Virus record (IMG/VR): IMGVR_UViG_3300045391_000852
Span: 6,263-70,262 of that record
DNA: 64,000 nt
Reading direction: 5' to 3' (one strand)
Source: a virus
Taxonomy: Duplodnaviria; Caudoviricetes
Under the pieces are notes generated by a model. That model saw nothing but the letters and a program-made list of their open reading frames with translations, searched no databases and was not told where the DNA came from. A program made the translations under genes and the position numbers. How positions within the stretch are numbered: the stretch's first letter is position 1; the number at the start of each line of letters is the position of its first letter. This document shows, in pieces, positions 56,990-64,000 of the stretch.

Positions 56990-59955
56990 TGCTCTGCCTC
57001 CTCCGGCATCCGGCCTCCGGGGATTTGCGCGATCCCATCGACGCCTTCAATTGCGTACCCGCGCCGGGAATGCTCCTCTTTGATTGGCTCATCAATGTCT
57101 CCGAGATAACGAACTTGCGTCACACTGATCATTCTGAAATCTGGCGGGATGGTCCCTTTGATTGCATAGAGCGCCTTTCCCGGCTTGCCTCGATCAACAA
57201 TCGGACGGCCAATGCTTTCGAACATGTAACGATCAATTTTGCAGAAGACCTCATCAGTATCGTCTTCAATGAACATATTGAGCGCATCTGTTGGACCTCG
57301 AATGATACCGTCACTAATGCGGCCATTATCCTTAGCAATCTTGATGCGTTTTTGAACCTTCTGAAGTTCATTCTCGTTCAGCGGTGCGATCTTTTTCGCA
57401 ACAACAAGCACCATAACGACACCCGAGACGCCACATTGAACATCGATGACGCGCGTTGGCTTCGTGTGGATGTTGATTGCTGTCAGGTCCGGGTGGAGCC
57501 GCGCAATGGCGTCCCTAATCGGATAGAGCGTATCAATTGGCGTGACGGCTCCGGCGAGACGTTTCATCAGCGCCGCGCGGATAGGCTTTCCAGTCCGGCG
57601 ACAGTCCATAATCTCGCCGGTCATCTTTTCGCCAATTCCCTTAATGTTCATCAGCGGACCAACAAGGATTTTCTTTCCATCCTTCTCGCGAAACGTCCAC
57701 CGATCTGAAGAGTATTCAATGTCCACCGGGACATAGTCAATGCCTTCTTCAGCAAGTTCGCGCAGCATCGCGATCTGCTTCATAGGATTGTCTTCTGCAT
57801 CGAGCGTTGCTGCCGCAAATTCGAGAGGATAATGTGCCTTGAGCCAGCAAGTCCAATAAGACACAATCCCGTAGGCCACAGCATGCGACCGATTGAAGGC
57901 CCAAGAACCGAAGGTGTTGACCTGATCCCAAATCTGCTTCGCGATATTTTCCGGGACGCCTTGCGCGACTGCACCAATGCGAAATTTCTCCCAATAGCCA
58001 GCGAAGAATTCATCACCAAGGCTCTTCGACATTGCCTTGCGAAGCTCCGATGTATCCTCCCAAGACAACTGCCCCATCTCGCGAGCGATACGCATGACTG
58101 TCTCTTGGAACACCACAATGCCGAAAGTGTCCTTTGTGAGTTCAGTCAACATCGGGTGCAGCGTCGTGATTGCTTCCTCGCCTCGCCGCCGCCGCACCCA
58201 AGCGTTTGCGCCGCCTGTGGCCATCGGTCCCGGTCGCGCCAGAGCGGTAATTGAGATCATGTCCTCAAGGTTCTCAACCTTGATCTGCTTAGTCAGAGAT
58301 TTGAGGGCTTGCCCGGTGAATTGGAAGATGCCAGAGAAGCGGCCTTCATTGAGAACAGCAAACGCCTTCGGATCATCCAGCGGTATGGTTTCGAGAAAGC
58401 CACTTACATCCGGCTTGCCAATCAACTGAAGCGTCCGTTCAAAGATAGACAGCTGCGTGAGGCCGAGCGCGTCAATCTTCAACAGGTTTAGTTCTTCAGC
58501 GTCCTTCTTGTCGCACATCGTTGCGCCGGTTCGCGCATCAACGCCAATAAATTCTGTGATTGATTTTTCTGTGATGATGATGCCGGCAGCATGCTGCGAC
58601 GAAGTGTTGGGGTGGCCTTCCATCTTCGCAGCAATCTTTGCCTCTGGGAATTCCTCCAAGAGAGCACGACCGGCTGGTGTTGATGTCATTGCATCTTCCA
58701 GAGCCTGCAACGCGCGGCTGTCGCCGGAGGATCGTTCGATGACACCTTCAAGCGTCCGCTCCACCATCCACTTCGGAATTTGAAGTGAAGCTCCGACTTG
58801 GTTCAGAGCAGAGCGCGGCTTAAACATGCCGACTGTCCCGAGACGCGCAACATGCTCCCGGCCATATTTGTCTTCCACGTACTCAAAAACCATATCGCGG
58901 CGCTTGTCGCTAAAATCAATATCGATATCAGGCAAGTCTTTTCGATTGATGTCAATGAACCGTTCGAAGATGAGGCCATACGGTATTGGATCAATAGCAG
59001 TAATCCCGAGAAGATAGCAAACCAAAGAGCCGCAACTGGAGCCACGGGCGGGCCCAACCACCATCCGAGACTTAGCCCAGTTGATAACATCTGCGATGAT
59101 ATAAAAATAATCCCCAAAGTTCTTTTCATCGATCAACCTCAATTCGCGATCAAGTCGCGCTGCATATGTTTCATTTTCAATATCACACCCGAGCTTCGCT
59201 GCGCCTTCCTCGCACATCTCGCGCAGTGTTTTCTTTTTCTCCGGAACTAGCAGCACAGCCTTTTTCAGTTCGGCGCGGGAATTCTCAATGATGAAATTCC
59301 GGTTCACCAGCGCGGCGTCCTGCTCTTCCGGCGCGGCAATATAGCGCGTGGCCTCGCGCCATTCGTCATCAGAAAGGATGTGCTGAGGATAGGTCTGAGT
59401 GTTGGAACGGAACCCGAGTGCCACCCGGTAAAGCTCCAGTTGGTCCGCGACCGGGTAGAAGTTATCGCTCCGGGCCACAAAGGAGTACCCGGCTCGCTTC
59501 GCGGCGTTGTAGAAGCCCTTAGAAACAGCCGGGGACAGCCCTATAAAGAGGTCCGGGGGAGCGCCGGACGCGGGCATTAGGTCGAGCCGCGCGGCGTGCC
59601 CGGCGATCTTGAACACCCCCGTAGCGGCCAGCGCCTCCTCATAGGTCAGGGCTGCATGGTTATTCTTCGTCGCGCTCCGGATCAGCTCATTGAGCCGCGC
59701 CAGATCATCCTTCGCGAAGAATGTCCAATAATCGAGTGTTGGCTTTTTCGCTTCCAGATCGGTGGCGACCGCCAATTCAACACCGAAGACAGGCCGGGTG
59801 CCTTTCTTCTTGCACAGCTTTGCCCATTTCACAAACCCGAAGGTGGTGCAAGTGTCAGCGATTGGGTATGCTGGCAAACCGATTTCTGTGATGCGTTTAT
59901 AAACATCATCAAGATGACCGAAGGCGCGGCGGAAGCTATACCCAGTCCTGATCAT
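56986..59955 (-). CDS. dnaE: DNA polymerase III alpha subunit (family C)
   Basis: PHP-like N-terminus; GPARGSSCGSLVCYLLGIT; FERF; LPDIDIDF; HAAGIII; KIDALGL; AFNRSHAVAY. Confidence 0.95.
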   Translation of the reverse strand: MIRTGYSFRRAFGHLDDVYKRITEIGLPAYPIADTCTTFGFVKWAKLCKKKGTRPVFGVELAVATDLEAKKPTLDYWTFFAKDDLARLNELIRSATKNNHAALTYEEALAATGVFKIAGHAARLDLMPASGAPPDLFIGLSPAVSKGFYNAAKRAGYSFVARSDNFYPVADQLELYRVALGFRSNTQTYPQHILSDDEWREATRYIAAPEEQDAALVNRNFIIENSRAELKKAVLLVPEKKKTLREMCEEGAAKLGCDIENETYAARLDRELRLIDEKNFGDYFYIIADVINWAKSRMVVGPARGSSCGSLVCYLLGITAIDPIPYGLIFERFIDINRKDLPDIDIDFSDKRRDMVFEYVEDKYGREHVARLGTVGMFKPRSALNQVGASLQIPKWMVERTLEGVIERSSGDSRALQALEDAMTSTPAGRALLEEFPEAKIAAKMEGHPNTSSQHAAGIIITEKSITEFIGVDARTGATMCDKKDAEELNLLKIDALGLTQLSIFERTLQLIGKPDVSGFLETIPLDDPKAFAVLNEGRFSGIFQFTGQALKSLTKQIKVENLEDMISITALARPGPMATGGANAWVRRRRGEEAITTLHPMLTELTKDTFGIVVFQETVMRIAREMGQLSWEDTSELRKAMSKSLGDEFFAGYWEKFRIGAVAQGVPENIAKQIWDQVNTFGSWAFNRSHAVAYGIVSYWTCWLKAHYPLEFAAATLDAEDNPMKQIAMLRELAEEGIDYVPVDIEYSSDRWTFREKDGKKILVGPLMNIKGIGEKMTGEIMDCRRTGKPIRAALMKRLAGAVTPIDTLYPIRDAIARLHPDLTAINIHTKPTRVIDVQCGVSGVVMVLVVAKKIAPLNENELQKVQKRIKIAKDNGRISDGIIRGPTDALNMFIEDDTDEVFCKIDRYMFESIGRPIVDRGKPGKALYAIKGTIPPDFRMISVTQVRYLGDIDEPIKEEHSRRGYAIEGVDGIAQIPGGRMPEEAEQ

Positions 59956-60149
59956 TTTAAAAATTCCTTGACAGTCTCAACCAGCTTTTCGATTTTCTTG
60001 AAAAGCTCAAATTCTATCTCAATAGTGGACCAACGGAATTTACATTTCTGGCATTGTCTCCGGCGTATCCCGGTTGGCGTCGTATCCACAACAGTGCTAG
60101 GTGTCCCATCGCCACAAAACCTGCAAGTTTTCGCATCGCTCCTCTTCAT
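59952..60149 (-). CDS. zinc-ribbon protein (NrdR N-domain-like)
   Basis: CRFCG...VVDT...IRRRQCQKCKFRWSTIE. Confidence 0.65.
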   Translation of the reverse strand: MKRSDAKTCRFCGDGTPSTVVDTTPTGIRRRQCQKCKFRWSTIEIEFELFKKIEKLVETVKEFLK

Positions 60150-60682
60150 AGATCACCCCGTTTGAATAACTCAATGCACACCCGCGTCAAAGCGTCCACA
60201 TCCGGTCGAGCGCGGTGGTGATCCTTGAATGGCTCGTTGAACAGATATTCATGAAGAGGCTGGAGGCCGAGCCGAAAACCTTTGATGTGGAGTGTAGCTT
60301 CCACCGTACAAATCTGACGAGGCCATTTGAAATCTTTTACAGCGCAACGCTCTAATTCAAAATTTATCATCTCATGATCAAACGACATATTGTGAGCGAT
60401 GACGACTGACGCCATGTTGATATGTTCAGCGATCTTGTCAATGACATTCGCAATCGGCGGAGCGTTGGCCAGCAACTCATTTGTGATGCCGGTGATCCGG
60501 GTTGTTGTCGCATTGATCTGGATTGGAGGCTTGATCAATGTCTCGTATTCATGGATCGTCTCGCCGGTCGCGAGGTCCACATGCCGCCCGAAATACTCAA
60601 TCATGTGCGGCTGCTTATCCAGCTTTATTGAATGATTTGAGATCAGATCAGTTGTTTCAGTATCGATAATGAGAGCCTGCAT
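60146..60682 (-). CDS. DEDDh 3'-5' exonuclease (Pol III epsilon-like)
   Basis: IDTETT, AHNMSFD, HRARPDV. Confidence 0.88.
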   Translation of the reverse strand: MQALIIDTETTDLISNHSIKLDKQPHMIEYFGRHVDLATGETIHEYETLIKPPIQINATTTRITGITNELLANAPPIANVIDKIAEHINMASVVIAHNMSFDHEMINFELERCAVKDFKWPRQICTVEATLHIKGFRLGLQPLHEYLFNEPFKDHHRARPDVDALTRVCIELFKRGDL

Positions 60683-60683
60683 G

Positions 60684-61043
60684 TCACACCCGGTGCTTCT
60701 CATTGGTCGCGTCATGCTTATCGATTTCCGCGAGAAGGTCTTCAACATTCTGGCTGCACAATCTTAAATCATCAGCAGCAATCCGAAGACAATGAGGGCA
60801 AAGTGAAACTCCCGCAAAAGGAGCATCCTCTTTGAGGCTGACAATGGCAACACCTTCCGGTGTCAGCTTGAAGAAGTCTCCTTTTGTTCGAATATGAACG
60901 CAATACATTGTAGCTGTAGCCTTGCTGAAATTTTCACGGATATGTTCAACAATGTCCTCCAGCCTCGCTACATCCTCTGGTTTCTTGGGAAGGCAGCTGA
61001 CTGGTTCATGCGTCTTGTTGTAGTCTTTCGCGTCAAAGCTCAT
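60684..61043 (-). CDS. hypothetical protein
   Basis: 119 aa ORF. Confidence 0.55.
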   Translation of the reverse strand: MSFDAKDYNKTHEPVSCLPKKPEDVARLEDIVEHIRENFSKATATMYCVHIRTKGDFFKLTPEGVAIVSLKEDAPFAGVSLCPHCLRIAADDLRLCSQNVEDLLAEIDKHDATNEKHRV

Positions 61044-61603
61044 AATGAGGCTCCTTCAAACATTGACGTTTGCTTTGATGCAACGCCGAAGATATTTTTG
61101 CTGTTCATTGAGTGTGTTGCCCAGCGAAGATTTAGCCGCCGGCAATCCCATTCTTTTCCGTTGATGTGATCTGGTATGTGATGATCTTCGGAAGGTTGAG
61201 GAATTCCGGAACGCAACATGACAACAGTGTGAAGAAAGAGCGTCCGCTGAACGCGCTTCCTGTTTCGTTTTATCTTTCCAGTTTCATGACAAAAGTATCT
61301 CTCGCCTTCCGGTTCAATGTCATCTTGAACATTCCGGCGAAGATAACATTTCCTCCGGTTCTTTGAAAATTTTGGTGACCAGCGATGCCGAATAAGGAAA
61401 TGATAATCTTCCTCATCAACAATGGCAAAAATTCCTGCATTGTCGTCGCCATAAATCCTGAACTCGTGTCGCGAAGGCTCCCAGTTGTTTGGATCGAATG
61501 GATCAACATCAGACGGTATCTGTATGGCCCCAGTGAAGGTCTTCACGTTTTGCCCCTTTTGAATGCGTGTCTTTCCCATAACGCGCAAACACAAACTCAT
61601 CAT
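61040..61603 (-). CDS. HNH endonuclease
   Basis: PDHINGKEWDCRRLNLRWATHSMN; start uncertain. Confidence 0.75.
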   Translation of the reverse strand: MMSLCLRVMGKTRIQKGQNVKTFTGAIQIPSDVDPFDPNNWEPSRHEFRIYGDDNAGIFAIVDEEDYHFLIRHRWSPKFSKNRRKCYLRRNVQDDIEPEGERYFCHETGKIKRNRKRVQRTLFLHTVVMLRSGIPQPSEDHHIPDHINGKEWDCRRLNLRWATHSMNSKNIFGVASKQTSMFEGASL

Positions 61604-61706
61604 TGAATGAAGTCAAAATTCCGCTTTCTCCCGCCGCATTGGGCGGGAGATGCCGAGCGCGATAGATGACCTCTCGCCCAATGTCGTTGAGGTCTGGATT
61701 GATCAT
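61509..61706 (-). CDS. hypothetical protein
   Basis: 65 aa; DIGREVIYR...GILTSFND.FVF.RY. Confidence 0.55.
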   Translation of the reverse strand: MINPDLNDIGREVIYRARHLPPNAAGESGILTSFNDEFVFARYGKDTHSKGAKREDLHWGHTDTV

Positions 61707-61969
61707 CGTGGTGCCTTCGAAGCGCTGCCAATCTCCGGCTTCGAAAAGTCCGGCACATCCATGACTGGAGTGGTTGTTGTCGTCTTTAGACGCTTGACGT
61801 CATACCAACAGGCGAGCTTCGGTTCACCCTTATCGTTCAGTCCGGGAGGCCGCACAGAAGCCTGAATGCAGCCATAGAGGTCGAAGCAGATTGAGTCACA
61901 AACACCTTCGGTGCCGGTGACGATGTCCTTGACGTTGTGGCCGAGAAGCTTAAAGCTGGGATGGATCAT
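61703..61969 (-). CDS. hypothetical protein
   Basis: VKDIVTGTEGV...LYGCIQA...WYDVKRL, SH3-like phage motif. Confidence 0.7.
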   Translation of the reverse strand: MIHPSFKLLGHNVKDIVTGTEGVCDSICFDLYGCIQASVRPPGLNDKGEPKLACWYDVKRLKTTTTTPVMDVPDFSKPEIGSASKAPR

Positions 61970-62291
61970 AGGTGTTCTCCTTGGTTGTTAGCAAAGTACA
62001 GCGGCAATTGAAATGTTGAATGATATCATCATTAGATGGCATGTCATAAAATTCAACATACAGCTGGCCATTTTCATATCGATGCAGCCTTCCAATAGAT
62101 TGGAACTCAGCATTGTACGGTCTGGCATAATCAACACCAATGTGAATTGGTGAGATGATTTTCTTCGGACGGACTGGCATAATGTTTTCAAGCTTGACGA
62201 TGGCTGGAGCCGCGATCAAGGTTGCCAGTCCTGTGATGAGTGAGCGTCGGCTAAGAGACACTTCTCGCTCCTCCATCGGTGAATGCCACAT
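61950..62291 (-). CDS. hypothetical protein with Tat-like N-terminus
   Basis: SRRSLITGLATLIAAPAIV. Confidence 0.5.
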   Translation of the reverse strand: MWHSPMEEREVSLSRRSLITGLATLIAAPAIVKLENIMPVRPKKIISPIHIGVDYARPYNAEFQSIGRLHRYENGQLYVEFYDMPSNDDIIQHFNCRCTLLTTKENTYDPSQL

Positions 62292-62460
62292 TCAAAGCAT
62301 CAGCAATCATCTGTGCAGTCTTTTGATCAAAGCATTCACAAACAGTCGGATACTGGTCACCAAGGAAACCTTTTTCTTCAGGATCAGTCGGCTCAGTATC
62401 GACAACAGAAGCATCAAAGCAACATTGATGCTGTGATGCCATCTCAACTTTGTATCTCAT
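62251..62460 (-). CDS. hypothetical protein
   Basis: HCCF.ASVVDT...VCECF. Confidence 0.55.
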   Translation of the reverse strand: MRYKVEMASQHQCCFDASVVDTEPTDPEEKGFLGDQYPTVCECFDQKTAQMIADALNVAFTDGGARSVS

Positions 62461-62801
62461 CGACGTTTCCCCTTCCGAAGATTATGCTTCCGCGCTTCCA
62501 GACCTTCAAGCGTTACCTCTTCAAGCATGGCGGAATAAACCATCATGTCGTGAGATGAATCAACATGACCGCCACGCGAAAACATATTCGCGTAGCGAGT
62601 GATCTTGACAGCTGTCAGGAGCATGAGATGAAAACGGTTGAAATCATCTTCTGTCTTGAGAGTAATACCCTCCGGGAACATGCCACGCATAACCGTCCCG
62701 AAGTTCTTGTAGTTCTGGCCATAGAGCGCGTTGCGCTCCCGGAAGGTTTCTGCGCCTTCATCGAGATGATCTGCGGCCGTCTTGGCTAGCTTCTTGCTCA
62801 T
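62457..62801 (-). CDS. nucleotide-modification-associated/DUF6378-like protein
   Basis: FRERNALYGQNY...VKITRY...HVDSSHDMMVYSAML. Confidence 0.55.
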   Translation of the reverse strand: MSKKLAKTAADHLDEGAETFRERNALYGQNYKNFGTVMRGMFPEGITLKTEDDFNRFHLMLLTAVKITRYANMFSRGGHVDSSHDMMVYSAMLEEVTLEGLEARKHNLRKGKRR

Positions 62802-63382
62802 GCTGCGAGCGCTCCAGCATTGTCGGTGCGAATGAAGTCAGCCAGTTCGGGCGAGAGCCGTGTCAATGCAGTTTCCGGCGCTCCGATACGCTCCCGGAGA
62901 GCTTCTGCTGCCGGCCAGACCTCCAAGATGTCTTCGAAATAACGGCTGTCCCAAATCAACGCGCGATAAGCCTGCTTCTTTGTCTCAACAGCCTTCTCGA
63001 AAATCAACTTGTTGCGAGCGTATTCCAACACCAATTCAGCAGTGTCTGCATCATAGGGATAGACGCGGCTCTTGCAGCTTCCGGTGCAAGGAACAAGTGG
63101 TGCTTCTTCTTCGGTGATGAATTCGAAACCAATGACAACATCGCTGCTCCCATTATCAACGCGAGCGCCTTTGATGCATTGATCATTCCGCGCCACACTG
63201 TACTTGTCGAGAAGCTTCATGTCACTTGGCGGATATTTCGCCTCCACAACTGACCGGACGGCGATGCAAGCCGCATTGTAGCTCGCGATCATTGCCATGT
63301 GTTCTTCCTCACACTTCACATTCTCTTCCGCGAAGGTGATAAGAGTGCGGCGATGATATTGATTCAAACGCTTCTTAGCCAT
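62798..63382 (-). CDS. Nmad5-like protein
   Basis: KYPPSDMKLLDKY and LEVWPAAEAL resemble nucleotide modification associated domain 5 (from memory). Confidence 0.5.
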   Translation of the reverse strand: MAKKRLNQYHRRTLITFAEENVKCEEEHMAMIASYNAACIAVRSVVEAKYPPSDMKLLDKYSVARNDQCIKGARVDNGSSDVVIGFEFITEEEAPLVPCTGSCKSRVYPYDADTAELVLEYARNKLIFEKAVETKKQAYRALIWDSRYFEDILEVWPAAEALRERIGAPETALTRLSPELADFIRTDNAGALAA

Positions 63383-63848
63383 TGTTGTAACTCCTTCCCT
63401 TGATTTGAAGGGCTGTGACGCCAGCCTTCTGAAATGCGTCACAAACCTCTGGATGATCATCAATGATAAACAAAACGCTTTCAGAAATTTCGCTCCCAAA
63501 CCGGCGTTCGGCAAGCTCAATTTTCAACTGTGCACTTGGGCGATATTCATCGTCCGGACGCATCAGCAAGTCATCAAAGAGATGCCAGATGTTTGCTTTC
63601 TTCAAGCGCTCCTCGGAAATGGTCCGCCATTTCTCCGGCCTGGCCGTCAAGCCAATGATGTTATATCCGGCATAATGCATTGCCTCCAAAAGCTCAACAG
63701 CATCGAGAGCCATTTCATCTTCTGCTGAAGAGGCGTGATAAGCATCCCACCGGCCAGTGTGCATCGCCTCCGGAATCATGTGATCCCGGCGCGATGCGTC
63801 CATAAGCGTGTGGTCCAGATCGAACAACACCACATTTCGTTTCTTCAT
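63375..63848 (-). CDS. HAD-family phosphatase (T4 PseT phosphatase-domain-like)
   Basis: LFDLDHTL, LTARP, LLMRPDDEYRP, IIDDHPEVC. Confidence 0.8.
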   Translation of the reverse strand: MKKRNVVLFDLDHTLMDASRRDHMIPEAMHTGRWDAYHASSAEDEMALDAVELLEAMHYAGYNIIGLTARPEKWRTISEERLKKANIWHLFDDLLMRPDDEYRPSAQLKIELAERRFGSEISESVLFIIDDHPEVCDAFQKAGVTALQIKGRSYNNG

Positions 63849-64000
63849 TGCAGTGTCGCCGCTGCCGGCGCTTCCTCGATGATGATTTCAGAGCCATTAC
63901 GATCCACAACAATATCATCTTCATGGATGAAGACATCCGCGCCGACGCGCTCGCTCACCTGATTGAACTTGTCCCGGACAGACGCAGCGAGGTCCACGCC
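63845..64000 (-). CDS. MazG-like nucleotide pyrophosphohydrolase, C-terminal fragment
   Basis: Manual translation GVDLAASVRDKFNQVSERVG; 5' part outside window. Confidence 0.55.
   Translation of the reverse strand, partial: GVDLAASVRDKFNQVSERVGADVFIHEDDIVVDRNGSEIIIEEAPAAATLQ

Noticed and set aside
56986-59955. Intein or intron in dnaE
   Set aside because: Length and motif order are continuous, with no splice-junction residues or homing endonuclease motifs seen.
1-64000. Integrase, tRNA or rRNA genes
   Set aside because: None recognised by eye. tRNAscan-SE was not run and the genome extends beyond the window, so lifestyle is not established.

Overview
The window is most of the genome of a contractile-tailed dsDNA phage. 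The host is probably an alphaproteobacterium of the Rhizobiales/Bradyrhizobium type, inferred from a GcrA homolog and a DUF3309-like small membrane protein. Layout: (1) 1-4.7 kb, minus-strand small genes and a putative SSB. (2) 5.0-41.4 kb, plus strand: primase-helicase, nuclease, NusG-like factor, terminase, DUF1073-type portal, an inserted second fibre module, head, neck, sheath, tube, baseplate, fibres and lysis genes. (3) 41.5-64 kb, minus-strand early/middle genes: GcrA, Spo11/Topo VI-A-like protein, SNF2 helicase, family C DNA polymerase (DnaE), DEDDh exonuclease, HNH, HAD phosphatase and a MazG-like protein. No integrase, tRNA or CRISPR array was recognised. The strongest unexpected signal is an array of four intact type II hammerhead ribozymes on the minus strand (52177-52233, 53638-53695, 54267-54326, 54634-54689). 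Each lies at a gene junction, would cleave 55-60 nt upstream of a start codon, and is followed by the same conserved tail (CAUCAG and CCUUGG, then the Shine-Dalgarno). This suggests a self-cleaving mRNA-segmentation system in the putative early operon. All protein family calls are from motif recognition by eye; no database search was run.
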